From the NCBI GenBank assembly GCA_965208325.1, contig OZ242326.1, forward strand, positions 2,400,001 through 2,464,000: 64,000 nt of DNA, in the 5' to 3' direction. Under the pieces are notes generated by a model. It was not told where the DNA came from and did no database searches. It was given only the letters and a program-made list of their open reading frames with translations. The first letter of the stretch is position 1. The number at the start of each line of letters is the position of its first letter. Positions 31,701 through 40,294 of this stretch are shown piece after piece. This DNA comes from Candidatus Poribacteria bacterium. GTDB lineage: Bacteria; Poribacteria; WGA-4E; PCPOR2b. The position numbers and the translations under genes are program-made.

Positions 31701-33327
31701 ACAAAGATACAACGGAGAGGCATTCACAGCGGAAGTACCCGTCGCTGCGTTGAATGAATCGGTAACCGCATCGACGGAGGCACCCTTGACGGAAGCAACA
31801 TTGGCTGGAAGCGTGGTCACACTCACGCTTAGCGGCGCTAAATACGCACGTTCAATCTTCGACATCAGAGATGCCGTGACCGTTTCCGGCATCAACGGCG
31901 TAACAATTCCGTGGCACCAACCTGACCGTGAGAGCGATACGGTAATTACTGTTGAACTTGAATTCATCGGCAACTTTGACACCGATACCACACTCACCTT
32001 TTCAGTCGGCGCCGATGCCATAGCGGGATACAATGGCCCCGCACTGGTATCACAGGTGCCTGTCACTTCGGGGCAGGAGTCGATAATCGCATCGACAGAA
32101 ACGCCGTTGACAGAACCAACCCTAAATGAGAGCGTGGTCACACTGACGCTTAACGGCGCTAATTACGCACGTTCTATCTTCGACATTAGAGATGCGGTGA
32201 CAGTTTCCGGCATTGACGGCGTAACTATTCCTTGGCACCAACCCGATCGTGATAGCGACACCGTTATTACCGTGGAACTTGAATTCACCGGTGACTTTGA
32301 TACCGATACGGCACTAACCTTCACTGTGGGAGCAGAAGCCATAGCAAGTTACGACGGTCCCGCATTCACTGCCCAAATTCCCGTCACAGCCAGCCTGGAA
32401 TCGGTGGTTGCCTCTTCTGATTCCCCGTTGACAGAAGTAAGCCTTGATGAGAGCGTGGTCACACTGACGCTTAACGGCGCTAAATACGCGCGATCTAGCT
32501 TTGACATTCGAGATGCGGTGACAGTCGCCGGTATTGACGGTGTGACAATTCCGTGGCACCAACCTGATCGCGAGAGCGACACCGTAATCACCGTTGAACT
32601 TGAATTCAACGGCAACATTTCCACGGATGCTGCGCTCACCTTCACCGTGGGCGCGGACGCCGTTGCGAACTACGTCGGGTCAGAACTCACAGCCGAAATA
32701 TACGTCACCGCAGGCCCTGAAGGAGACGCAAACCAAGATGGTGTGGTGGACCTAGCGGATTTGGTGGCGGTCGCTTCAAACTTTCAACAGACGGGACCGA
32801 ACAGTGCCGATGTCAACGGAGATGGAGTAGTGGATGTTAAAGACCTGCTCCTAGTTGCGGGTGTGCTGGAGAACACACCAGCCGCGCCTGGCGCACATCC
32901 ACAAACACTGACGATACTCACCGCCGCAGATGTTCAAGATTGGTTGTCACAAGCGCGGCAGTTAAACCTAACGGACGCGACGTTGCGAAGGGGTGTTCTC
33001 TTCTTGGAACAACTCCTCACGGTTTTGATTCCGAAAGAAACAGCGCTGCTGCCAAACTACCCCAATCCGTTCAACCCTGAGACGTGGATACCGTTTCGGT
33101 TAGCAAAGGGCGCTTTCGTGACGCTGACCATCTATGACCAGAGCGGTCAGATTGTCCGTTCGCTTGATATTGGGCATCGGACGGCCGGATATCATGAGAC
33201 GCGGTCAAAGGCTATCTTCTGGGATGGCACAAACGAGTTCGGCGAACGAGTGGCAAGCGGTGTGTATTTCTATCACCTGTCAGCCGGAGATTATTTCGCC
33301 GTGCGAAAGATGCTTATTTTGAAGTAA
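25726..33327 (+). CDS. Giant secreted protein: zinc metallopeptidase, 6 cadherin-like domains, 12 ~100-aa Ig-like repeats, dockerin-like domain and C-terminal sorting-like domain
   Basis: Signal peptide; HEIGHGLG; 6x 'APVF...RSVAEN...ATDADND...LDYETK'; 12x 'LTE.TL...VTLTL'; 'GDANQDGVVDLADL...ADVNGDGVVDVKDL'; 'LLPNYPNPFNPETWIPF...VASGVYFY'. Confidence 0.88.
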   Translation: MKFAIVFFTTFFLLFSLIATIPDTMSQEAEPGSPVVLYGTNEDANTSVPPPPMQTPPPHARRFRTVNPQFIVTYHGFTDEARAAFQYAVDIWASLIRSPVTIHIDATFEDRGGWEDGSIILGGARPGNWWNFAGERLWVAFALADKIAGRNLRSGEADIIVRFNSNEDVGWYFGTDTNTPSGKYDFVSVVLHEIGHGLGISSTSRMIETGFFSVEGALRSGPSHARFPEAYDEFVVNGAGTAITEFSDPSAALREQFTGNSLFWNGSNGKLAYNGARPKLFAPTWWIQGSSFVHLDEETFQSGDPNSLMTPYFDRAEAIHSPGAIALGMLDDIGWTINKAPVFAEDRTTRSVAENMAADVDIGNAVTATDANNADTDDNTVDTLIYALSGTDASSFDIEPFTGQLKTRAALDFESKSAYTVTVIVSDGSLTDSTAVDINVTDVDETPANSAPVFSEGNAAIRTIAENTSAGENIGSEVTATDADNDTLTYTLGGTDESSFDIDSTSAQLKTKAALDYETKTSYTVTVSVSDSTDTVSITVTIAVSNVNEAAPVFSDGAAATRSVEENTGAGEDIGSEVSATDADNDVLTYTLSGIDASSFDIDRTSGQLKTRDALDYETKNVYTVTVTVSDGSLEARTSLTINVTNVDDDIVMADCQEGDVLSPGESCTYPDTDTEFSVLDNGQASLDDPDFPSWFNQISVGGSLNVTATVNGVPYHLAATELTGGSWRIDELGEIVVPTVDPANLSLTASPSLTEATLNGGIVTLTLSGSAFSRFSFDDVTVSGITGVTAPDVDRVSDTEVSVQLAFSGNMDADGTLTFTVGSDAIAGYDGAALTAEISVTALAESVIASTSAPLTERTLNEGIVTLTLNGGTYERQTTVRNNLAASGITGVTFRALDVQRMSDTVVTVELSFDGTDFDSDAALTFTVGADAIAGYEGAALTAGIPVTALLESVAASTTAPLTEATLNESVVTLTLDGCTYETQTAVRNYVTVSGISGVTVGTFGIARVSDTVATVELTFDGSELDANAALAFTVAADAIVDYSGSALSTQISIAAPSNRAPVFTDGTTTARSVAENTAAGVNIGNAVAATDADNDTLTYTLGGTDASLFDIDRTSGQLKTRAALDYETKRAYTVTVTVSDSSLTDTITVTITVSNVNDAPVFAAGSATRTVGENTGAGENIGRAVTATDPDNDVLTYTHGGTDAASFDIDRTSGQLRTKAALDYETKTSYIVTITVSDGNLTDTITVTINVSNVPETPTNRAPIFSEGSRTTRTVPENTAEGANIGIAVMATDPDNDALTYTLGGIDASSFNLEPSSGQLKTKAALDYETKTAYMVTITASDGTLSDSITVTIDVADLDDQAIPTITLESPSLTERTLNGSVVTLKLSNRVFERWLGGLVTVSGIDGVSVRSFDLERVSDTELTAKLTFDGTDFDSDATLAFTVEAGAIASYNGPAFTNSLPVAANQESVVASPTSLTETALNESSVTLTLSGRVYESRFTVANNITVSGIDGVTFRTFDLERDSDTVVTVELRFDGTDFDTDATLTFTVGAGAIVDYRGPAFTATIPVTAVVEAIPTLTASSSQPLNEGTLDESVVTLTLSSGAYAQSSFDISRAVTVSGIDGVTFRRFDIDRISDTVATVELTFDGTDFDTDATLTFTVGAGAIENYNGDALTAVIPVTAVVEEDPTITATTPQPLTESTLDESVVTLTLKNRTYAQSSFDIRDALTVDGIVGVTIGTFGVNRVNDTEVTVELTFNGDIDTDATLTFSVEADAIANYDGHTLVAQVPVTGGQESITASTAAPLTEATLDGSVVTLTLNGGVYEQSTFGLRDAVTVSGIDGVTIQGFDLDRVSDTVLTVELTFVGNIDTDVVLVFSVGADAIAGYNGPALDTQLPVTSGQESVTASIEAPLTEATLDGSVVTLTLSGAVYARSVFDIRDAVTVLGIEGVTIPWHQPDRESDTVITVELEFNGNIDTDATLTFSVGADAIQRYNGEAFTAEVPVAALNESVTASTEAPLTEATLAGSVVTLTLSGAKYARSIFDIRDAVTVSGINGVTIPWHQPDRESDTVITVELEFIGNFDTDTTLTFSVGADAIAGYNGPALVSQVPVTSGQESIIASTETPLTEPTLNESVVTLTLNGANYARSIFDIRDAVTVSGIDGVTIPWHQPDRDSDTVITVELEFTGDFDTDTALTFTVGAEAIASYDGPAFTAQIPVTASLESVVASSDSPLTEVSLDESVVTLTLNGAKYARSSFDIRDAVTVAGIDGVTIPWHQPDRESDTVITVELEFNGNISTDAALTFTVGADAVANYVGSELTAEIYVTAGPEGDANQDGVVDLADLVAVASNFQQTGPNSADVNGDGVVDVKDLLLVAGVLENTPAAPGAHPQTLTILTAADVQDWLSQARQLNLTDATLRRGVLFLEQLLTVLIPKETALLPNYPNPFNPETWIPFRLAKGAFVTLTIYDQSGQIVRSLDIGHRTAGYHETRSKAIFWDGTNEFGERVASGVYFYHLSAGDYFAVRKMLILK

Positions 33328-33356
33328 CGACTAATTCGAATAGAGCAAAATCGGCG

Positions 33357-33923
33357 TTGGTTACAAAATTTCATTTTGTACGTTTCTTAAAAATTGAAAC
33401 TAATTCTAACGTATACGGAGAACAAAAATTGTTCGCACAATTAATCCGCAGTTTGTTGTGGTTATCTAGCTTTTGTATAGTCCTCATTGTCGTAACCATC
33501 GGTTGCGGTGGCGGTGAGGATGATGATAATGAGTGGGTCGGTACATGGGAATGGGAATCCGTTGACGGTGAGAGTGTTGAACAAGCCTTTGGAGAAGAAG
33601 GGGTAGATGTTTCAATTGTTACCAATAACTGGACGTTTGATAGCAATGGAACGATGGAAGTGGAAATTGCTATGAAATTTGAAGCGAAAGAGGAGGGCTT
33701 GGAACTTTCAGGGCAAGGTTCAGTAAAAATGACTGGAACTTACACCCTATCTGGCTCTAATTATACACTTACACCTATAGAAGTCGAAGGAACCGGTATA
33801 TTTAAAGAAGAGGTAGAACCAGTCGGTGCCACGGACGAGGACGCCGGTACATGGTCGAGAAGTGTGAATACTCTCACGCTAATCAGCGAAGATGGCTTTA
33901 CCATAGTCTTTAAAAAGAAATAA
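33357..33923 (+). CDS. Lipoprotein with lipocalin-like 'VGTW' domain (start uncertain)
   Basis: 'VVTIGC' lipobox-like, acidic linker, WVGTWEW, GTYTLSG, GTWSRS. Confidence 0.6.
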   Translation: MVTKFHFVRFLKIETNSNVYGEQKLFAQLIRSLLWLSSFCIVLIVVTIGCGGGEDDDNEWVGTWEWESVDGESVEQAFGEEGVDVSIVTNNWTFDSNGTMEVEIAMKFEAKEEGLELSGQGSVKMTGTYTLSGSNYTLTPIEVEGTGIFKEEVEPVGATDEDAGTWSRSVNTLTLISEDGFTIVFKKK

Positions 33924-34102
33924 AGTCCAACCCGGCTTACTCCATTAACCCATTGCAATTGATGCAAACTACACATCACGGAAGTAACCAATGAATTGCA
34001 CGGTGTTAGTGAAGTGATTCGTAAAATTAATTAGCACAATTAGGGCAAAATGACACGCCCTTTCTCTCAAATGTCAACATGGCCTAGCTATGGAGGTTAC
34101 GC

Positions 34103-34876
34103 ATGAAGCTACGTAATACAGTCTCGATTTTGATGGTTTTAATTTTTATTGTGGTCGGATGTGCCGAGGTAGATGAAGAAGATCTTGATATTTTGCGCGA
34201 AGATTTCCAATCCGAAATTAACTCTTTAAGAGACGAGCGGCCCAATCTTGCAGGCGAAATTTCCACGTTGCGTGGCGAACAGTCCGACCTGCGGAGAGAC
34301 GTTGAAGGCGCTATTTTCAAATCGCGTATGGCTATTGAAGATCAGATTTTTACGTTCAGAGATGACGTTGACAATAGGTTTACGCCCTTAGAAGAATCGT
34401 TAGGTTCCGGCGGGCCTTTCGTTTCACGTGTGCCCGACCGTGTCACCATCACGGAAATTGCGGTTACGAACGAGTATGAATTCGGTCGGCTTGAAATTGA
34501 GGTTCACATTTATGACCGCGCAGATAACTTTATTGCGTGCTCCGGTCAAATTAACGGATTAGAACATGTAGACGGGTCGGACAGGCTCTACTCCGTGGGC
34601 GCCTTTTTCAATAAGTCCGACGGCGGTTATTTAACATACGACGATCTGCAGGATAAGGTGATATATCTTGTCGTTATTGAGGATGATTCTTATCCATGCC
34701 CAACTCCAGGGGGAGATTTCTTTCCTTTTTCGGACGACTTTGTCGGTAAGACCGAAACCTTTCCGGGTCGTGACATTGCCGGGACAAAAGCCATGCAGTT
34801 TGACGATGTAACCCAGTTAACCGTCACCGTATCGCTAACATGGAAACCCATAAATGATAACGGCGCAAAATTCTAA
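34103..34876 (+). CDS. Hypothetical lipoprotein with N-terminal coiled coil
   Basis: MKLRN...IVVGC lipobox; RBS GGAGG. Confidence 0.7.
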   Translation: MKLRNTVSILMVLIFIVVGCAEVDEEDLDILREDFQSEINSLRDERPNLAGEISTLRGEQSDLRRDVEGAIFKSRMAIEDQIFTFRDDVDNRFTPLEESLGSGGPFVSRVPDRVTITEIAVTNEYEFGRLEIEVHIYDRADNFIACSGQINGLEHVDGSDRLYSVGAFFNKSDGGYLTYDDLQDKVIYLVVIEDDSYPCPTPGGDFFPFSDDFVGKTETFPGRDIAGTKAMQFDDVTQLTVTVSLTWKPINDNGAKF

Positions 34877-35024
34877 CAATAACAAAATCTCCTCATTAGA
34901 TGCCGCAAATGTTCGAGAATGTGTCCCAGATGTTAAAATAGTCCGTCGTCTGCGTTTAATCTGCGTTACAGTAGATATTTAAGGAAATTCGGAAATTTTT
35001 TCTGAAAAATTCATTAAAAAAAAC

Positions 35025-35054
35025 TTGACAAGAATATTCACGATGAATTATACT
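35025..35054 (+). promoter_or_regulatory. Sigma70 promoter of the iron-uptake operon
   Basis: TTGACA-18 nt-TATACT. Confidence 0.65.
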
Positions 35055-35094
35055 ATCGCGATTTTCCGAATTGTTCGTGGTTTTGTAAGTTTAT

Positions 35095-35119
35095 TATGAT
35101 ATTGAGTCTCAGTTACAAT
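35095..35119. promoter_or_regulatory. Fur-like operator, copy 1
   Basis: TATGATATTGAGTCTCAGTTACAAT, similar to copies at 35193 (reverse orientation) and 40794. Confidence 0.6.
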
Positions 35120-35192
35120 TCGGATTTTATGGTCTCAGCCAGTTTTGGCAGTTTTGGACGGAATAATTTCGTGCGTTTTTATTTTAGAATTC

Positions 35193-35217
35193 ATTGAAAT
35201 CGAGTCTCAATATCAAT
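35193..35217. promoter_or_regulatory. Fur-like operator, copy 2
   Basis: ATTGAAATCGAGTCTCAATATCAAT; its reverse complement differs from copy 3 at only 3 of 25 positions. Confidence 0.65.
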
Positions 35218-35237
35218 AAATCAACAGTGAGGTAAAA

Positions 35238-36485
35238 TTGCGAGGTTTTTGTTTTGGTGTATTTCTATTCTTGATTGCCCAAGCCGCACCGGCTGATTCC
35301 GGGCGGCTGCAAATCTCCGGTTACGGGGTAATCAACTACGCGAACTTTTTTTGGGAAACAGATCCAGAGCGGCGCGCACATATTGACGTCGAACGGCTTG
35401 TCGTCGCGCCGAAGTACCAGGTCAATGACACCATCCGGCTTGAAGCGGAGCTTGAGTTTGAACACGGCGGCACCGGCATCACAATGGAGTTCGACAAATT
35501 TGAGGAGTTTGGCGAATTTGAGATGGAGGTTGAAAAAGGCGGTGAGGTCATCGTTGAGAAACTAGCGGCAGTCTTTGAGTTTCGTCCAACATTCAACCTG
35601 CGAATCGGTCACATCATCGTGCCGGTCGGCTTAACTGCCAAACGGCATCGACCGCAGCACTACTTCACGACCACCCGCCCTGAATCCGAATCAAACCTGA
35701 TCCCAACCATCTGGCATGAAAACGGAATTGAGATTTTCGGCAAATTTGGAGGTTTCAACTACCAGGCGCAGGTCGTCAACGGCTTGGACTCCACCGGATT
35801 CAGTTCACGCCAATGGATTGTCGGCGGCCATCAACTGCGGTTTGAGGCTGCAAATGCCGAGGATTTCGCGCTCGTCGGCCGTGTAGATTACACAGTCACG
35901 GACGGAGCCGTTCTCGGATTCTCCGGGTACTACGGCGACAGTGCGGACAACCGTCCGAAGCCGGACTTCCAACCGGATGCCCATGTTTCAATTGTCGACC
36001 TGCACGGCTTTTACGAGGTCGGCGCATTGAAAATTCGCGGGCTGTTCCTGTACGGAGCGCTCGAAAATTCCGAACTTGTCTCTAAAGCCAATCGAAATCT
36101 CTCAAACAACCTGAACGTAAAGCGGACGCCTGTCGGCAGCCGAGCACACGGCGGTTACGTCGAAGTGGGATACAATGTGTTAACGTTCTTCAAATCATCG
36201 TTGAACACGCAGGCGGCGCTTGACCTGTTCGTCCGTTACGACAACTATGATACAATGGCTGAGGTTAAGGGAGACATTTTCGATAATCCGCGTTGGGAAC
36301 GGAAGGCGTGGACGTTTGGCGCCAATTATCACCCGCACCCACAGCTTGTTTTTAAAGGACATTACTCCGCACGAACATTGGGCTCTACACCCGTGGAGGT
36401 GCTAGACACCATACCCATAGAGATATTTGACACCAAATTTGAGGACGAACACACTTTCGCACTCGGATTTGGGTTTCAATACTAA
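35238..36485 (+). CDS. Outer-membrane porin (OprO/P-like) of imelysin iron-uptake clusters
   Basis: Signal peptide, 'ISGYG', 'ELEFEHGG', acidic 'EFEMEVEKGGE', 'IPTIWHENG', aromatic C-terminal strand FALGFGFQY. Confidence 0.7.
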   Translation: MRGFCFGVFLFLIAQAAPADSGRLQISGYGVINYANFFWETDPERRAHIDVERLVVAPKYQVNDTIRLEAELEFEHGGTGITMEFDKFEEFGEFEMEVEKGGEVIVEKLAAVFEFRPTFNLRIGHIIVPVGLTAKRHRPQHYFTTTRPESESNLIPTIWHENGIEIFGKFGGFNYQAQVVNGLDSTGFSSRQWIVGGHQLRFEAANAEDFALVGRVDYTVTDGAVLGFSGYYGDSADNRPKPDFQPDAHVSIVDLHGFYEVGALKIRGLFLYGALENSELVSKANRNLSNNLNVKRTPVGSRAHGGYVEVGYNVLTFFKSSLNTQAALDLFVRYDNYDTMAEVKGDIFDNPRWERKAWTFGANYHPHPQLVFKGHYSARTLGSTPVEVLDTIPIEIFDTKFEDEHTFALGFGFQY

Positions 36486-36515
36486 TTCAACATTGTACCA
36501 ACAAGGAGGAATCCT

Positions 36516-37628
36516 ATGAGATTCAATCAACACTTAGAAAAATTCTGTTGCGGTACACTGTCGATGCTTCTGGTTTTATCAGTCTTTCTCATCGGCTGCG
36601 GCCTTTCGGGTTGCGGCGAGGACGAGGAAATCGATCCTGACACGGGAGCCGCATTTGATGCAACCACTATTTTGAACGACTTCGCCAACAAGGTCGTGCT
36701 TGCCACCTACACCGACTTGGACAATAAAGCGAGTGACCTATTAAACGCCGTCAACGCATTAAACGCAGCCGCCAACCAATCCCATTTGGAATTGGCGCAA
36801 ACAGCTTGGAAGGCAGCCAGGGCACCGTGGGAACAGAGCGAAGCGTTTTTGTTCGGTCCGGTTGATACACAGGGGCTCGACCCGGCGCTGGATAGCTGGC
36901 CCGTCAATAAGGTTGACCTCGACGCAGTGCTCGGCAGTGACCAAGTGTTGACTTCGGCATCCATTGACGCGCTAGAGGACACGCTGAAAGGCTTCCATAC
37001 AATTGAGTATCTGCTCTTCCGTGAAGGAGACCAGCGAAAACCTGAGGATATTACGCCTCGTGAGCTCGAATATCTAATTGCCACGACGGAGAATCTGAAA
37101 GCTAAAACTGGCCAGTTGCGCACTGCGTGGGATGCGTCGGGTGAAAACTACGCCGGTGAGGTCGCTAACGCCGGTACATCTAGCACGATTTATAAATCAC
37201 AGAAAGACGGTATGCAGGAGATGGTCAACGGTATGATCGTCATCGCCGATGAAGTCGCTAACGGTAAAATTTCCGACCCGTTCACCGAGCAGGATACATC
37301 CCTCGTCGAGTCGCAGTTCAGCTTCAACTCAATTGCCGATTTCCAAGACAATATCCGCGGTATTCAAAATGTTTACATGGGGAAATTCACCGCAGATGGC
37401 CAAGGGCTCAACGAATTTGTTAATGGAGTAGACGCCGGATTGGACGCCAGATTCCTTACCGAAGTCCAAACCGCCATTGATACCATCGGCGGGATCCCGG
37501 ACCCATTCCGCGATTCTATCACGTCCCACCGTTCTTCAGTCCAAGCGGCAATTGACGCAGTTAGTACGGTTCAGCGGACACTTGAGAACGATATCTTGAA
37601 GTTGGTGTTAGACGGTAACTTCAATTAA
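36516..37628 (+). CDS. Imelysin (peptidase M75 / IrpA-like) iron-binding lipoprotein
   Basis: Lipobox LSGC, 'AWKAARAPWEQSEAFLFGP', 'LDSWP', GFHTIEYLLF (GxHxxE). Confidence 0.9.
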   Translation: MRFNQHLEKFCCGTLSMLLVLSVFLIGCGLSGCGEDEEIDPDTGAAFDATTILNDFANKVVLATYTDLDNKASDLLNAVNALNAAANQSHLELAQTAWKAARAPWEQSEAFLFGPVDTQGLDPALDSWPVNKVDLDAVLGSDQVLTSASIDALEDTLKGFHTIEYLLFREGDQRKPEDITPRELEYLIATTENLKAKTGQLRTAWDASGENYAGEVANAGTSSTIYKSQKDGMQEMVNGMIVIADEVANGKISDPFTEQDTSLVESQFSFNSIADFQDNIRGIQNVYMGKFTADGQGLNEFVNGVDAGLDARFLTEVQTAIDTIGGIPDPFRDSITSHRSSVQAAIDAVSTVQRTLENDILKLVLDGNFN

Positions 37629-37632
37629 TGAG

Positions 37633-37667
37633 AGAAACCGAGTTTTTCCAAAAAAAACTCGGTTTCT
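37633..37667. terminator. Hairpin (terminator or extragenic repeat)
   Basis: AGAAACCGAGTTTTT / AAAAACTCGGTTTCT inverted repeat; a related hairpin lies at ~54111-54138. Confidence 0.6.
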
Positions 37668-37752
37668 TCGCACCAATCACTGGTTTGTAGGAGAGGCTTC
37701 CTAGCCTCGATTATCAATCAGTCAATTCCTCCTTGTGTAAATATGAACCCAA

Positions 37753-38334
37753 ATGAATATAACAGGGGAAAATTTGATTTCGAAAAACGACTTTCCACAC
37801 CTGTTTGGACGCACCAGTTGGGGTGCTGTCACTTGTGAGTTTGAATGCCTCAACAAGTTACCGCCGCTCAACCTAATCAGTAATGTCAACCTTGTTCCGT
37901 TCAGAGAGGATTTGTGGCTAATGCTTCGCATACAAACAGGGGAATGGGAGGTGCCGGGCGGCACATTGGAGCCGGAAGAAACCTATTCGGACGCAATTCG
38001 CCGTGAATTGATCGAAGAGGCCGGCGCGCGTCTGATAACCTACGAACCTTTCGGTGCTTGGCACTGTTTTTCGAACGCTCCAAAACCCTATCGATCGCAT
38101 CTGCCGCATCCCGAATTCTATCGGCTGGTGGGATATGGAGCGGTAGAAATCATTGGCAATCCCGTAAACACTAACGGGAGCGAACAAGTGGCAAGCGTAG
38201 AATTAGTCCCTATTGAGGAAGCTGTTCGTCGATTTCAGGACATTAATCGGTACGAGTTAGCGGAGTTATACCAGTTGGCAGCAAGAGTGCGTGAGTCCAA
38301 ACATGAAAACCGGCGAGAAAGGGCAAATCAATGA
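37753..38334 (+). CDS. NUDIX hydrolase
   Basis: Nudix box PGGTLEPEETYSDAIRRELIEEAG. Confidence 0.88.
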   Translation: MNITGENLISKNDFPHLFGRTSWGAVTCEFECLNKLPPLNLISNVNLVPFREDLWLMLRIQTGEWEVPGGTLEPEETYSDAIRRELIEEAGARLITYEPFGAWHCFSNAPKPYRSHLPHPEFYRLVGYGAVEIIGNPVNTNGSEQVASVELVPIEEAVRRFQDINRYELAELYQLAARVRESKHENRRERANQ

Positions 38335-38386
38335 AGAGATGTTTGTTCTCTTTTTTTACCGGATTAAAAATTATGAGTTTCGAATC

Positions 38387-39787
38387 ATGAAAAAAAATTA
38401 TCTTTCATACTCCCTATTCGCTGTGATACTGTTCTGTATGTTGGTTGTCGCTTGTGATTCGGACAATTTGACTAAGCCAGAAAATATGGACGTTTTGGAT
38501 AAAAGGCTTTCCGGCGGGGAAACTACGGTTTTTGACGCAACCAGCCATGCGTTTTCGACGCCCGCCCCAAATCTTTCGGAAGACGGGCTAGCAAAACACC
38601 TCGACGGTGACCTTGAATTTGAAGCCGTGTTTGTCACCGTACCGGCGGAGGTTAACCCGGGGCTGGGTCCGGTTTACAACAATATTTCATGTATCAACTG
38701 CCACGCGCGAGATGGGCGGGGACGTGCGCCGACATCCGGTGAAAAGCTTACATCGTTGCTTTTCCGTGTGAGTCTTCCAAATCAAGAGGATGACGTTACA
38801 CACGGCCCAGTGCCGGTACCCGGTTTCGGTACACAACTCAACAACCGCGCGATTTACGGCGTGCCTCCAGAGGGGACGGTTACAATCGAATACATAGAAG
38901 GTGAACTCACAACTGGTGACGGAGCGAAGGTGTATCTCCGCACGCCGAGCTACAGAATTGAAAACACATATCAACCGTTACCGGATGATGTTGAAATCTC
39001 GCCCCGCGTCGCCCCCGTTGTGTTTGGTTTAGGATTGCTTGAAGCGATACCTGAATCGACCATCCTCGCCTTGGCGGACGAAGATGATCGGGATGGTGAT
39101 GGCATTTCAGGGAAAGCGAATTACGTGTGGGATGTCCAGAAGAACGGGTTAAGCCTAGGTAGGTTCGGGTGGAAAGCAAACCAACCGACGTTGCTTCAAC
39201 AGGTCGCTTCCGCCTACCACGACGATATCGGAATTACAACTTCGCTTTTGCCGACTGAAAGTTCGGCTGGACAACCGCAATACGACGGACGGGGAGACGA
39301 CCCGGAGCTCAGCGATGAAATTATGGACCTGGTGACGTTCTATATTCAAACCCTTGCTGTGCCTGCCCGTCGCAACATTGACGACCCAGTTGTTCAGCGC
39401 GGCGAGGAACTCTTTGATAGCGCGGGCTGCACCGGATGCCATATCCCGATGTTGCAGACGGGAACATTGGCGGATGTACCGGCAGTTTCCAACCAGACGA
39501 TTTACCCGTATACCGATCTGCTGTTGCACGACATGGGTCCAGGGTTAGCAGACTACCGCCCCGATTTCCTAGCGAGCGGTTCGGAATGGCGTACACCGCC
39601 CCTGTGGGGTATCGGGCTGGTCAAAGTAGTCAACGGACACACCAACTTTCTCCACGACGGCCGCGCAAGGGGTTTGCTGGAGGCAATCCTGTGGCACGGC
39701 GGGGAAGCAGAACAATCGCGTGAGCAAGTTCAGCAGATGCCCGCAAGCGACAGAGACGCGCTCATCGCTTTTCTGGAATCGTTGTAA
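38387..39787 (+). CDS. Di-heme oxidoreductase (DHOR family) lipoprotein
   Basis: Lipobox VVAC after ATG 38387; CINCH and CTGCH; LSGGETT, GLGLLEAIP, GRFGWKA, WRTPPLWG, LHDGRAR. Confidence 0.9.
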   Translation: MKKNYLSYSLFAVILFCMLVVACDSDNLTKPENMDVLDKRLSGGETTVFDATSHAFSTPAPNLSEDGLAKHLDGDLEFEAVFVTVPAEVNPGLGPVYNNISCINCHARDGRGRAPTSGEKLTSLLFRVSLPNQEDDVTHGPVPVPGFGTQLNNRAIYGVPPEGTVTIEYIEGELTTGDGAKVYLRTPSYRIENTYQPLPDDVEISPRVAPVVFGLGLLEAIPESTILALADEDDRDGDGISGKANYVWDVQKNGLSLGRFGWKANQPTLLQQVASAYHDDIGITTSLLPTESSAGQPQYDGRGDDPELSDEIMDLVTFYIQTLAVPARRNIDDPVVQRGEELFDSAGCTGCHIPMLQTGTLADVPAVSNQTIYPYTDLLLHDMGPGLADYRPDFLASGSEWRTPPLWGIGLVKVVNGHTNFLHDGRARGLLEAILWHGGEAEQSREQVQQMPASDRDALIAFLESL

Positions 39788-39838
39788 GAATGAGGGTCTC
39801 TCATCCTTTTAGGCTTTCGACAATTAGTTTTAATCTTT

Positions 39839-40294
39839 ATGGCGTTGATTATGTCAACAAAACTAGAGGAAAATATGACGTTGCAAGTTCAAGAGGTACC
39901 AAATAATTCGCGAACCCCTCGATTCATCATGGCAGCCAAGACAAACGATATTAGTCCGGGCGGCTGTATTGACGCGAAGCTAGAGGGGCATTGCATCGGC
40001 ATCCACAACGTCGATGGACAGTATTACGCGGTCGATAACATCTGCCCTCATGTTGGCGGGGTTTTACACTCGGGTCAGTTAAAGGACGGAGTTATCGTCT
40101 GTCCAATTCATCAATGGAGGTTTGATGTTAAGACCGGTGAGTGCATCTGGCCGGGGAAATGCGAGATTGCGACCTATCCCGTGAAGGTTGACGGCGATCA
40201 CATTTTCGTTGATATCAATTCACCGAGCCGCCCAATCCAACATAACCCCATTCGAGTCTATCATTCTAAGGCAAAACGGAGGGCAAAGCGGTGA
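39839..40294 (+). CDS. Rieske [2Fe-2S] ferredoxin (start may be downstream)
   Basis: CPH...CPIH..RFDVKTG. Confidence 0.88.
   Translation: MALIMSTKLEENMTLQVQEVPNNSRTPRFIMAAKTNDISPGGCIDAKLEGHCIGIHNVDGQYYAVDNICPHVGGVLHSGQLKDGVIVCPIHQWRFDVKTGECIWPGKCEIATYPVKVDGDHIFVDINSPSRPIQHNPIRVYHSKAKRRAKR

Noticed and set aside
38291..38386. N-terminal extension of the DHOR ORF
   Set aside because: Overlaps the NUDIX gene; the lipoprotein signal begins at ATG 38387
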